Assembly: GCA_963722725.1 (NCBI GenBank)
Contig: CAVROB010000010.1
Location: forward strand, 53,400-117,399
Length of the DNA: 64,000 nt
Direction of reading: 5' to 3'
From: an uncultured Acidobacteriota bacterium
GTDB taxonomy: Bacteria; Acidobacteriota; Terriglobia; Terriglobales; Acidobacteriaceae
A program made the translations under genes and the position numbers. Every line of letters begins with the position of its first letter. Position 1 is the stretch's first letter. Below, in pieces: positions 26,800 through 36,097 of this stretch. The notes beneath the pieces are model-generated. The model saw only the letters and a program-made list of their open reading frames with translations. It searched no databases and had not been told where the DNA came from.

Positions 26800-26846
26800 A
26801 AGGGTGCCCCATTCTTCCGCGTTCTTTGCGGAAGGGCGGGAGGCGA
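26800..26846. repeat. Intergenic repeat, family B, copy 1 (inverted relative to copy 2)
   Basis: The reverse complement TTCGCCTCCCGCCCTTCCGCAAAGAACGCGGAAGAATGGGGCACCCT matches 34748-34794 at 45 of 47 positions. It contains a TTCCGC/GCGGAA hairpin. Confidence 0.6.
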
Positions 26847-26988
26847 AAATGCAGAAGTCCGGCGCCACATTCAGGACCTGTTCCTGAGTGTCGCCCCGGC
26901 AGCCTTCTCAGTCCACAGAATATTATCTTGAACCTGGCCTGATGTCGTGTTTTCATCCAAACACCGCTAGCGCGCAAAATCTTGGAGG

Positions 26989-27543
26989 ATGATCATGGTC
27001 GAGACTAAAGATTCACACTTGCAGTTCCATACCCCAAGCCGCAGGCGTGTAGTTGCCGGTATTGCCATGGCGTTTGGCAGTCTGGCCGCAGGCAGCGAGC
27101 TTTGGGCGAAAACGCCGCAGCAGATGCAGGAAGCGCCGAGCACAGCGGCAAACCGCACGCGCACATTTCTTCACCAGGAAGTCGATTTCAAGTCAACCCC
27201 GCAACGCATCTACGAAATACTTCTCGATTCCAAACAGTTCGCGGCGTTTACGGGTATGCCGGCCGAAATCGACCCCAAAGAGGGCGGCGCCTTCTCCACG
27301 TTCGGAGGATTGGTCGTTGGACGAAATATCGAACTCCTCCCCAACCAACGAATCGTTCAGGCGTGGCGACCCACACATTGGGATCCGGGCGTTTATTCTG
27401 TCGTCAAATTTGAACTGAAACTCCAGGTTTCCGAAACCATAATCGTTCTCGATCACACCGGTTTCCCCGAGGGCGAATTCGACCACCTCGACCCCGGCTG
27501 GAAATTAAGATATTGGGACCCGCTAAAAAAATACCTGTCTTAG
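26989..27543 (+). CDS. SRPBCC/AHSA1-like domain protein with a twin-arginine-type signal peptide
   Basis: 184 aa. SRRRVVAGIAMAFGSLAAGSELWA is followed by an Aha1/START-like domain (...GGAFSTFGGLVVGRNIEL...). GGAGGA Shine-Dalgarno. Confidence 0.7.
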   Translation: MIMVETKDSHLQFHTPSRRRVVAGIAMAFGSLAAGSELWAKTPQQMQEAPSTAANRTRTFLHQEVDFKSTPQRIYEILLDSKQFAAFTGMPAEIDPKEGGAFSTFGGLVVGRNIELLPNQRIVQAWRPTHWDPGVYSVVKFELKLQVSETIIVLDHTGFPEGEFDHLDPGWKLRYWDPLKKYLS

Positions 27544-27676
27544 TCTGAACAATTCAGCCGCGACGCTGCCTCAATACGGGGGCTCTAGCCCTGACCTACA
27601 CCACCGCACCCGCCAAAATTAATCCACAAACCTCCGGCTCGGAACATTATCCTAGACGTTCGTTCGCTCGATCGAC

Positions 27677-28813
27677 ATGCGTTCCAAATCTCAAGTCGTG
27701 GTAATCGGAGCCGGCGCCTTCGGCGGATGGACCGCTTTGTATCTGCTTCGCCGCGGCGCCCAAGTCACTCTGCTGGATGCATGGGGGCCGGGCAACTCCC
27801 GATCGTCTTCCGGCGGCGAAACCCGCATCATGCGCGGCACCTATGGTCCGAACCAGCCTTACACGAAAATGGCCGCTCGCTCTTTGCGACTATGGAAGGA
27901 ACACGAGACCCGCTGGACGCGACAGTTTTTTCATCGCACCGGCGTGTTATGGATAGCAACCTCCGAGAACGATCGCTACGAACGGAGTTCCCTGCCAATG
28001 TTACGCGAAGCCGGCATCGCGTATGAGGAATTATCCAGACGCGAAGTCGGGCAACGCTGGCCCCAGATGAATGTTGAAGATGTGCGCTGGGCAATCTATG
28101 AGTCCGAAAGTGGCTACCTCACCGCGCGCACGGCATGTCAGGCGGTAGTGGAGGGCTTTCAAGCAGAAGGCGGGGAGTACAAACAAATTGCTGTCTCGTC
28201 GCACGACCTTGAATCTGGCATCCGCGATGGCTTGCCGCTTTCGGATGGCTCGCGGCTAAAAGCCGACCAATTTGTCTTCGCCTGCGGTCCCTGGCTGAGC
28301 CAACTCTTTCCGGAAACGATTGGGGCCTGCGTTCGGCCCACGAAACAGGATGTCTTTTTCTTCGGCGCACCCGCCGGGGACGATCGTTTTGCGGAACCGA
28401 AGCTGCCAGTCTGGGCCGACAATCGCGACCACTTCATCTATGGCATCCCAGCCGCCGACGGACGTGGATTCAAGGTCGCCGACGATACGCGAGGCCCGGA
28501 GTTCGATCCGACTTCCGGAGAACGAGTAGTGAGCGAAGCCGGACTGAAAGCGATTCGCGATTACGTCGCCTTCCGCTTTCCTGCGATGAAAGACGCGCCG
28601 TTGATTGAGACCCGCGTCTGCCAATACGAAAACAGCCCTGACAATCACCTGATCATCGACCGGCATCCGCGAGCAGAAAACATTTGGTTGGTAGGAGGCG
28701 GCTCAGGCCATGGCTTCAAACATGGTCCAGCGTTGGGCGAGATGGTCGCGAAGTGGGTGATAGAAGGCGAAGATGCCGATCCGATATTTCAATTGGGACG
28801 CTTCCAGAAATAA
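27677..28813 (+). CDS. FAD-dependent oxidoreductase (DAO/sarcosine-oxidase-like family)
   Basis: 378 aa. N-terminal dinucleotide-binding VVVIGAGAFGGWTALYL. C-terminal GGGSGHGFKHGP. Confidence 0.85.
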   Translation: MRSKSQVVVIGAGAFGGWTALYLLRRGAQVTLLDAWGPGNSRSSSGGETRIMRGTYGPNQPYTKMAARSLRLWKEHETRWTRQFFHRTGVLWIATSENDRYERSSLPMLREAGIAYEELSRREVGQRWPQMNVEDVRWAIYESESGYLTARTACQAVVEGFQAEGGEYKQIAVSSHDLESGIRDGLPLSDGSRLKADQFVFACGPWLSQLFPETIGACVRPTKQDVFFFGAPAGDDRFAEPKLPVWADNRDHFIYGIPAADGRGFKVADDTRGPEFDPTSGERVVSEAGLKAIRDYVAFRFPAMKDAPLIETRVCQYENSPDNHLIIDRHPRAENIWLVGGGSGHGFKHGPALGEMVAKWVIEGEDADPIFQLGRFQK

Positions 28814-28898
28814 CCGAGGATCCTGGCTATCTCGTTAACTCCAGCAACACAAGACGTTTATGGGCATCGTAAATACATTAAGATACATACAATTATGC

Positions 28899-28932
28899 AG
28901 TAACAAGTGTTCCACGTGGAACACTTGTTGCT
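28899..28932. terminator. Bidirectional terminator hairpin between convergent genes (perfect 28-nt palindrome)
   Basis: AACAAGTGTTCCAC|GTGGAACACTTGTT at 28902-28929, extendable by flanking pairs. It sits between the FAD oxidoreductase stop (28813) and the mrp stop (28932). Confidence 0.6.
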
Positions 28933-29783
28933 TACTGGATCTGGATTACGCTCTCACCCGCGCTCGATTTGATCTCGTCCACGCGCGCAATAACCTTACG
29001 CGCAAACTCATAAAGCGACTTGGCATGGGAAGAGTTTTCGCCCTCGAGAACCGCGGGCTTGCCGCTGTCTCCTGATTTGCGGATGTCGGGATCGAGTTGG
29101 ATGTTTCCGAGGAAAGAAACATCAAACTGCTTCGCGGTCTTCTCTGCTCCGCCGCGAGAGAAAACATCGATCTCATGATTGCAGTGCGGGCAGACGAAAT
29201 AGCTCATGTTCTCGACCATGCCCACGAGGTCCACTTTCATTTGGCGAAACATCTCGATGGCTTTGCGAGCGTCCTGTAACGAAACATCCGACGGAGTCGA
29301 AACCACGATTGCGCCGGTGAGCGGTACGGTCTGAATGAGCGAGAGCGAAACGTCTCCCGTGCCCGGAGGCAAATCCACTACAAGATAATCGAGCTGTCCC
29401 CACACTACCGAGCCCAGAAACTGTTTGATGATCGAATGCAGCATCGGTCCACGCCAGATCAGCGGCTTGTCTCCGGGATTGAGCAGGCCGACCGAGATTA
29501 CTTTTAGTCCGTGGGCCTCGATCGGTTCGATGCGATTGTCTCCGAGTACCTTGGGCTGCTGGTTGATCCCGAGCATGAGTGGAACGTTGGGACCATAAAC
29601 GTCGGCATCGAGCAGACCGACCTTGTGTCCGAGCTTAGCCATGGCAAGCGCCAGATTCACCGCGAGCGTAGTCTTTCCCACTCCGCCCTTACCGGAACCG
29701 ACTGCGATAATCGTTTCGACGCCGGGAAGCGGCTGCGGGCCCTGCGGCGGTTGTCCGGGACGAGGAGACATCGGTGTATTCAA
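28932..29783 (-). CDS. apbC: Mrp/ApbC/NBP35 family Fe-S cluster carrier ATPase
   Basis: 283 aa. Deviant Walker A GSGKGGVGKTT. CPHC motif in FVCPHCNHEIDVF. Confidence 0.9.
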   Translation of the reverse strand: MNTPMSPRPGQPPQGPQPLPGVETIIAVGSGKGGVGKTTLAVNLALAMAKLGHKVGLLDADVYGPNVPLMLGINQQPKVLGDNRIEPIEAHGLKVISVGLLNPGDKPLIWRGPMLHSIIKQFLGSVVWGQLDYLVVDLPPGTGDVSLSLIQTVPLTGAIVVSTPSDVSLQDARKAIEMFRQMKVDLVGMVENMSYFVCPHCNHEIDVFSRGGAEKTAKQFDVSFLGNIQLDPDIRKSGDSGKPAVLEGENSSHAKSLYEFARKVIARVDEIKSSAGESVIQIQ

Positions 29784-29839
29784 GAAATCACCTTCCAGAT
29801 AGGCGGTTGGATAAGGCCTACTGTTTAATTATACAGTTG

Positions 29840-31738
29840 CTACTTCGCAGTAATAATCTCGCTCAGCACATCGGGCTTGGATTCGTCCCGCACCAGATGC
29901 GGATATTTTTCCCCGCCGTGATAGTCGAGTTTGTAAATTTTGTAGTAGTCGGTGTTCTCGACCAGCAATTCGAGAGGGTCGGCACTGTTCTGTCCCATCT
30001 TTAACGCCGCACTCAAATTTTCCACCGAGAAGTGATGTCCATTCACGGCCACCAGCTTCATCCCGGGCCCGATGCCGGCCTTCGCCGCGGGCATTCCTTC
30101 GACGGTGTCGATGATCTTTCCGCTCTCGTCCAGCAGAAGCCCAATCGAGTATTCGGCGTTGATCTCTTTGCGGTCGCGGGTGCGCGCTTTAACCAGTTCC
30201 GATGGAGTCCCGTCATAAACCAGTTTCCAGCCGCTTCGCTCGATCCCGGTAAGCGGCGCGCCGGGCCCGTGATTGGTAAGGCGTTCGGTCCAAAACCCGC
30301 GCCAGTCGTAAGAAACAACCTGATTCAACGCCGCGACTACGTCATCGAAAGTGTAGGTTTTCACTTCCGGCGGTCCGCTCTGGCCGCCGTGGAAAAGATG
30401 ACAGAAATCATCCATCGATTTCTGGCCGTGAGTCTGTTCGCGGATGATCGTATCCACCCACAACCAGTTCAGAACATCTTCGTCGTAATAATCTACTTCC
30501 CTTCGCCAAGATTCCCATTGGGGTGGGGCACCCTGCATGGAGGGCACTCCGTCGGCCGTATCCTGCAGATTGCGCCAGGTGCGGCCGGGAACATGATCCA
30601 AGCGCGCGGCCATGAACGCCAGGTTGTCGCGGAACTGATCGGGGGTTCGGATACCGCTGCGTGCGCTCAGCGTGTCCCCGAGATATGAAGTCAGCCCTTC
30701 GTAGACCCAAAGCAGGTCGTCCTGCATGGGCTTTTCATAATCTGGCGTGGCCAAGTCTGCTGGACGGCGGTACTTTCCGTTCCAGGAGTGAACATATTCG
30801 TGGGAGAGCAATCCAGACGCTAGAAGGCGTGGATCAGCGTCGACTAACGAGCGTTCCGAACTGCGGCTGTCATTCGATTCATGGTGCTCCAGTCCGAAGT
30901 GCGCCACGTGATCGCTCAGGCTATAAATAAAGTGGTAATCGCGAAAGTGCTGTGCTCCAAAAAGCTTCAAAGCCTGATCGGTCAGAGCCTTGTAATGGTC
31001 AAGCTCGTCTTGCGGAGCGTCCAGATCCGCAGGGCTATCGGCTGCGATGTCCATTTCCTGACGCGGGTTCTCGCTTAAAGGCACGACGCGGAGATATTCG
31101 CCAGCGATCACGGGAGAATCCACCAGCATGGTCAGTGAGACGGGATTGAATTTGAGTTCGGCTCCCGATTGTGAAGCGACCGGTAGCGGCGTTCCAAACT
31201 TCCAACCGTCGGGCAATCGGAGATTGGCTTTATAGGTAAGTTCATCGGAGGTCCATCCCGCGGGATACAGCAGCACCGTGTTCCAGCTCAACACCGTCAT
31301 CTTGTCGGTTGCGGAAGCCCCGCCAGTGAAAAGGCCCTCTTCGCCTGTGGGTGAAATGAAGTCCAGCGATGCGTTCACCGCGGAAACTCCGGCGGGCACT
31401 TCGACGTGGAACTTCCATCCGTCGAGGAGGTCGCGTCGCCATTTCAACGTCTGTCCATTGGCGGTGAACTTCAGTCCGGCCAGATCTTCGATCGGCCCGG
31501 TGGGGCCGTGTTCGCCAGGAATCCATTTGGGATAGTAGAGAGTGAGAATGCCCGGAGCGGCAGGAATCGTCAGTTGGGCATGAAAGATCTTACGCGGGGC
31601 ATCGCTTGCGTCTACGGAGACGGTGATGGTCGGCGGCGTTGACTTTGGCGCTGGCTTGTTTTTCTGCGCGGCAACCGGCAGTACGGTGGCGCAAATCAGG
31701 ATTGTCCAAAAGCCAAGACGGCTAGAACGTGAAGTCAT
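29840..31738 (-). CDS. Secreted M61 family (glycyl aminopeptidase-like) metallopeptidase with C-terminal PDZ domain
   Basis: 632 aa. Signal peptide. HEYVHSWNGK zinc motif. PDZ-like GMPAAKAGIGPGMKLVAVNG. Confidence 0.8.
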   Translation of the reverse strand: MTSRSSRLGFWTILICATVLPVAAQKNKPAPKSTPPTITVSVDASDAPRKIFHAQLTIPAAPGILTLYYPKWIPGEHGPTGPIEDLAGLKFTANGQTLKWRRDLLDGWKFHVEVPAGVSAVNASLDFISPTGEEGLFTGGASATDKMTVLSWNTVLLYPAGWTSDELTYKANLRLPDGWKFGTPLPVASQSGAELKFNPVSLTMLVDSPVIAGEYLRVVPLSENPRQEMDIAADSPADLDAPQDELDHYKALTDQALKLFGAQHFRDYHFIYSLSDHVAHFGLEHHESNDSRSSERSLVDADPRLLASGLLSHEYVHSWNGKYRRPADLATPDYEKPMQDDLLWVYEGLTSYLGDTLSARSGIRTPDQFRDNLAFMAARLDHVPGRTWRNLQDTADGVPSMQGAPPQWESWRREVDYYDEDVLNWLWVDTIIREQTHGQKSMDDFCHLFHGGQSGPPEVKTYTFDDVVAALNQVVSYDWRGFWTERLTNHGPGAPLTGIERSGWKLVYDGTPSELVKARTRDRKEINAEYSIGLLLDESGKIIDTVEGMPAAKAGIGPGMKLVAVNGHHFSVENLSAALKMGQNSADPLELLVENTDYYKIYKLDYHGGEKYPHLVRDESKPDVLSEIITAK

Positions 31739-32225
31739 GTAGCTCCTTAAGGATCAAACAGGACGGTCGACAACACATCAAGAGAACGTATGACTATAAC
31801 AGTGGAGTGTGAGCGCCGTCACGCACACCCGGCCTCAGGTGGTGGGCTGTTTTGAATTTTACGGAGAAGGGTTGACAGCCTGTGCCACAGTTGGAGCTTG
31901 GAGGAATTGGTGGGATTATTAGAGGCGAAAACGCAAGGGGCAGCTGCATGAACACTAAAGGCCCGGTCTGGTGGAAGATAATCATAGGTTTCCTATTGGT
32001 GTTTGTAGAGGCGAAGCAGTTTTTGTTTCCGGGCACGAGGGCTCTTCAGCCCGAGCAACGGCACCCAAGCGGCATCAATGCGATTTGTGGAATGTGCCCT
32101 AATGCTCTTAGGATTGTGGCTCATCTTTTCCGGCATACGCGCAGGACACAAGTCTTAATTCAAAACAGCGGCATCCTGCAACTCTGTTGGCACATTCGTT
32201 GTATCGCGTGCGGGAAAAGCGTACG

Positions 32226-32525
32226 ATGCGCGAGGAGAATTTCGTGCCTTGTCTCGTGCTGATTATCTTTCTTGCGTTTCCTCGAATCGCACTGGTGCTG
32301 TTGTTTCTCTTCTCGAATTACCTGCAACGAGCGTACCACGGGCTATTATTGCCTTTGCTCGGGTTTCTGTTCTTACCCCTGACCACATTGGCGTATGCGT
32401 GGATGATCAATACACGACAGCCCATAGCGGGCATTAATTTGGTGATTCTGATTGTGGCAGTTGTGGTTGACCTCGGCGGCCTGAGTCGTGGCGAATATCA
32501 TCGACGGAGACGATGGGAAGATTAG
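32226..32525 (+). CDS. Small integral membrane protein (about 3 TM), unknown function
   Basis: MREENFVPCLVLIIFLAFPRIALVLLFLF...LLLPLLGFLFLPLTTLAYAW...INLVILIVAVVVDLGG. The start could also be 32187. Confidence 0.5.
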   Translation: MREENFVPCLVLIIFLAFPRIALVLLFLFSNYLQRAYHGLLLPLLGFLFLPLTTLAYAWMINTRQPIAGINLVILIVAVVVDLGGLSRGEYHRRRRWED

Positions 32526-32808
32526 CTCACCTCTACTGAACCCTTTACGTTGTGAACTAGATCTTACGGCAGAACGACCAGTCGCGAGTTCGGACACCGG
32601 ACAGCAATGCGTTCGGAGCTCCCGACTTACCCGCCAGCTGCGAAGCCGATTTTGGCCGTTACCTTAGAAACAGATCGAGTGGGCGCGCCATCCTGCATCG
32701 ATGAGGCAGGCGAAGGAAGGGGAAGCCACGTTCCCGTCCAGTCATGAAGGGCGCTATAGCGAAGAGCGGGCCGTAATCCCGGTTGGAGCGGGAGCCGGCT
32801 GCTTTGCT

Positions 32809-33510
32809 ATGATGCTTTCCGTGCCCTCCCATTCCCAGCGCGGCAGATTTATTACGTTCGAAGGGCTCGACGGATGCGGTAAGAGCACTCAATTGGCGAA
32901 GCTGGCTGCGGTCTTGCAGGCGCAGGGCCTGCCTGTGGTGGTGACCCGCGAACCGGGCGGCACGCCCACGGGAGAACAAATTCGCCAGCTTTTGCTGGAT
33001 ACGAAGACATCCTCGCTTGCTCCGCTCGCCGAGTTGGCCTTGATGTTTGCTGCGCGGGCGCAGCACATCGCCGAAGTCATTCAGCCTGCGCTTGCTGAAG
33101 GTAAAGTCGTGCTATGCGACCGCTTTACGGATTCGACTGAGGCGTATCAAGGTGGCGGACGCAAGCTGGGCAGCGATGCGGTGTTGGCGCTGCATCGAAT
33201 TTTGTGTGGCGGTTTGCAGCCTGAACTCACCATTTTGATGGATTCCGACGTAGCCGCGAGTGTGGATAGGGCCCGCCGGCGCAACCGATCTCATTCAGCC
33301 AAGATTGGCCGGGGAACGAGCGACGAGAACCGGTTCGAACAGGAGAGCCGCGCCTTCTTTGCACGAGTGCGAAGTGCATATCTGGCGATCGCAAAGCGCG
33401 AACCGCAGCGCGTGGTGGTCGTGGATGCGCGCGGAACTCCGGAACAGACGCACAAGCAAATAGCCGACGTAGCGCGGCGGAAGTTGAAATTATCAGCAAA
33501 GACAGCTTGA
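32809..33510 (+). CDS. tmk: Thymidylate kinase
   Basis: Trimmed to MMLSVPSHSQRGRFITFEGLDGCGKSTQ (P-loop). DRFTDST motif. The upstream part of the track ORF is low-quality extension. Confidence 0.92.
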   Translation: MMLSVPSHSQRGRFITFEGLDGCGKSTQLAKLAAVLQAQGLPVVVTREPGGTPTGEQIRQLLLDTKTSSLAPLAELALMFAARAQHIAEVIQPALAEGKVVLCDRFTDSTEAYQGGGRKLGSDAVLALHRILCGGLQPELTILMDSDVAASVDRARRRNRSHSAKIGRGTSDENRFEQESRAFFARVRSAYLAIAKREPQRVVVVDARGTPEQTHKQIADVARRKLKLSAKTA

Positions 33511-33511
33511 T

Positions 33512-33626
33512 TTCACCGTAGAGTCACAGCGCTCAGAGAAACCGCATGCGCACGAAGCCTGAACCCTCCCGCTGCAGTCCGTAGTATCCTCGAAGAGTTG
33601 GACCTTCTCTGTGGCTCTGTTGTGAA
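33512..33626 (+). repeat. ~115-nt intergenic element closed by an 18-nt imperfect inverted repeat (tmk-holB spacer)
   Basis: TTCACCGTAGAGTCACAG (33512-33529) pairs with CTGTGGCTCTGTTGTGAA (33609-33626). That gives 14 Watson-Crick pairs, 3 G-U pairs and 1 mismatch. Confidence 0.35.
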
Positions 33627-33634
33627 CAAATCCT

Positions 33635-34735
33635 ATGGGCTTTTCTGATTTCTACGGAAACTCTGAAACTGTTCGCCAGTTGCGAGACATGCTGGCGCGG
33701 GGCCGATTCCCTCAGGCCGTCATCCTGGCGGGCCCGGCTGGTTCCGGCAAATACACGCTGGCTCTGATGTTGGCCAAAACCATGAATTGTCTGGCGCCGA
33801 TTGTCACGGATAGCTTGCCCGATTTTTGTGGGAACTGTTCGAATTGCGTTCGTATTGCGCAGGCAGAAGATCTCGACGCCCGCTTTGCTGAGGCCGTCGA
33901 AGCGCGCGAAGGTCTGCGCGAGACGGACAAGAAAGATACGCGGCTTTTTATCCAGACTCATCCCGATGTGCTGGTGATTCCGCCCGATCCGCCGCAGATG
34001 ATGATCAAAGTCGATCAGGTGCGGCGGGTGATTGAAACTATCTACTATCGGCCGGGCGAAGCCAAGGAGCGAGTTTACATTTTTACCGATTCGGCTTTTA
34101 TGAAAGAGGCGGCCAACTCTTTGCTGAAGGTTTTGGAAGAGCCGCCCGAGTTCGCAACGATTTTTCTACTGACAGAGAATGCGGGGGAGTTGTTGCCGAC
34201 GATCCGGTCGCGTTCAATGGTGGTTACACTCAGTGCGCTGCCTGCCGAGGAGATTGAAAAATACTTGGCAGCGAATCGCCCCGACTGGAACCCGAAACAG
34301 CGGGCGCTGGTGGCTCGACTGTCGGAGGGCGCCGTCGGGCGTTCCCGCAGTTTTGATCTTGCAGCGTATACGGCGGCGCGGGCGCACGCTCTTGCTATCC
34401 TCGGGTCAGCCTTACGGGGTAGCGATCACAGTGAGCTTTTCAAAGTCACGGAGACCTATCGAGCTGGGGCTGAGGGTCGCGACAAAACAGAGAAGTTGCT
34501 GCGCGCAATTTACTCTCTGCTGGAAGATTTGACATTCCTAAATTCGGGGACGCCGGAGTTGATTCGCAATACCGATATTTTGACCGAACTGAATGCGCTC
34601 GCTGAATTTGCGGACTTCGCGTGGATTGCTTCGGCGTCCGAGCGGTTGGCTGAGGTCGAGCGGGGGATGCGGCGGAATTTATTGCGGTCATTGTCGTTGG
34701 ATTCGTTTGCTGTGGGGTTGGAAGTGAGAAATTGA
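33635..34735 (+). CDS. holB: DNA polymerase III delta-prime subunit
   Basis: 366 aa. ILAGPAGSGKYTLA P-loop. Zinc-module-like CGNCSNC. SRC motif LPTIRSRS. Directly follows tmk, as in many bacteria. Confidence 0.85.
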   Translation: MGFSDFYGNSETVRQLRDMLARGRFPQAVILAGPAGSGKYTLALMLAKTMNCLAPIVTDSLPDFCGNCSNCVRIAQAEDLDARFAEAVEAREGLRETDKKDTRLFIQTHPDVLVIPPDPPQMMIKVDQVRRVIETIYYRPGEAKERVYIFTDSAFMKEAANSLLKVLEEPPEFATIFLLTENAGELLPTIRSRSMVVTLSALPAEEIEKYLAANRPDWNPKQRALVARLSEGAVGRSRSFDLAAYTAARAHALAILGSALRGSDHSELFKVTETYRAGAEGRDKTEKLLRAIYSLLEDLTFLNSGTPELIRNTDILTELNALAEFADFAWIASASERLAEVERGMRRNLLRSLSLDSFAVGLEVRN

Positions 34736-34747
34736 TTTAGCGAGGGT

Positions 34748-34794
34748 TTCGCCTCCCACCCTTCCGCACAGAACGCGGAAGAATGGGGCACCCT
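34748..34794. repeat. Intergenic repeat, family B, copy 2
   Basis: TTCGCCTCCCACCCTTCCGCACAGAACGCGGAAGAATGGGGCACCCT, between the holB stop and the convergent acyl-CoA dehydrogenase stop. Confidence 0.6.
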
Positions 34795-34842
34795 CATTTA
34801 CTTGTAATTTAGAGGTGCTCTCGTCCGGGCTACGTGGGCATC

Positions 34843-36018
34843 TTATTTGGTGGGCATTAGTAGTTTTGCGATCGTAGCTAGCTGCATGTTTGAGGTGCCT
34901 TCGTAGATTTTGCCGATCTTGGAGTCGCGCCAGTATTTTTCGACGGGGTAATCTTTAGTGAATCCGTAGCCACCGTAGATTTCGATGGCCAGCGACGTTA
35001 CCCGCTCGGCCACCTGGGAAGTGAACAGCTTGGCCATGGCGGCTTCTTTGACGAAGGGTATGCCGGCGTCTTTCATGCGGGCGGCGTTGTAGACCATTAG
35101 ACGGGCGGCTTCGATCTCGGTGGCCATTTGGGCGATCTGAAACTGGATGCCCTGGAAGTCGGCGATGGATTTGCCGAACTGCTTGCGTTCTTGCGCGTAT
35201 TTTGCGGCGTATTCCCAGGCGCCGCGAGCTACGCCAGCCATCTGCGCACCGATCCCGATGCGGCCTTCGTTTAGAGTTTCGATGGCGATTTTGTATCCCT
35301 TGCCGACTTCTCCGAGGACATTCGACTTGGGGACTCGACAATCTTCGAGGATCAATTCGCAAGTCGAGGAGGCGCGGATGCCGAGCTTGTCTTCTTTTTT
35401 GCCGACGGTGAACCCGGCGAATTCTTTCTCAATGATGAAAGCGGTGATGCCTTTGTATCCCGCAGCGGGATCGACGGTGGCGAACAGAATAAAGACGCCG
35501 GCCTCTTTGCCATTTGTGATCCAAAGCTTGCGCCCGTTGAGAACGTAGTCGCTGCCTTTGAGTTCGGCTTTGGTCTGAAGAGCGAACGCGTCGGAGCCCG
35601 ATCCAGCTTCGCTCAGGGCGTAGGCCCCGCACAGCTCCGCAACCATTCGAGGTAGATAGCGCTTCTTTTGTTCTTCGGTTGTCCAGCGCAGCAGCGCGTT
35701 GTTGACCAGGGTGTTTTGCACGTCGACGATGACGCCCGCGGAAGCATCCACACGCGAAAGTTCTTCGACTGCGAGAATCGCTTCGAAGAATTTGCCGCCC
35801 GCGCCGCCGTATTGCTCGGGCACTTCGATGCCCATCAATCCGAGTTGAAAAAACTGGTGAATGAGTTCTTTGTCGAAAACGCCTTTTTCGTCCATTTCTT
35901 TCACTAGCGGGCGAACTTTTTCTTCGGCAAATTGGCGGATGTTGTCGCGAAAAAGAATTTCGTCTTCGGTGAAGCTGGTCAGAGGCGTGGGCGAGGGAAG
36001 CTGGAGAACATCGGGCAT
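34843..36018 (-). CDS. Acyl-CoA dehydrogenase (short/branched-chain type)
   Basis: 391 aa. Typical ACAD layout. Catalytic-base region IYEGTSNMQ near the C-terminus. Confidence 0.93.
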   Translation of the reverse strand: MPDVLQLPSPTPLTSFTEDEILFRDNIRQFAEEKVRPLVKEMDEKGVFDKELIHQFFQLGLMGIEVPEQYGGAGGKFFEAILAVEELSRVDASAGVIVDVQNTLVNNALLRWTTEEQKKRYLPRMVAELCGAYALSEAGSGSDAFALQTKAELKGSDYVLNGRKLWITNGKEAGVFILFATVDPAAGYKGITAFIIEKEFAGFTVGKKEDKLGIRASSTCELILEDCRVPKSNVLGEVGKGYKIAIETLNEGRIGIGAQMAGVARGAWEYAAKYAQERKQFGKSIADFQGIQFQIAQMATEIEAARLMVYNAARMKDAGIPFVKEAAMAKLFTSQVAERVTSLAIEIYGGYGFTKDYPVEKYWRDSKIGKIYEGTSNMQLATIAKLLMPTK

Positions 36019-36097
36019 ACAAGCACCTTCACATGAGTATGGCGAACCCAGAATTCTAGCATCTGGAGATGGGGTACAGGAATCGAGGCGAAGAGAA

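Noticed and set aside
7626-34794. Whether the short repeated palindromes form a CRISPR array
   Set aside because: Each family has only two copies. The copies are kilobases apart and in opposite orientation, with no regular repeat-spacer periodicity and no cas genes.
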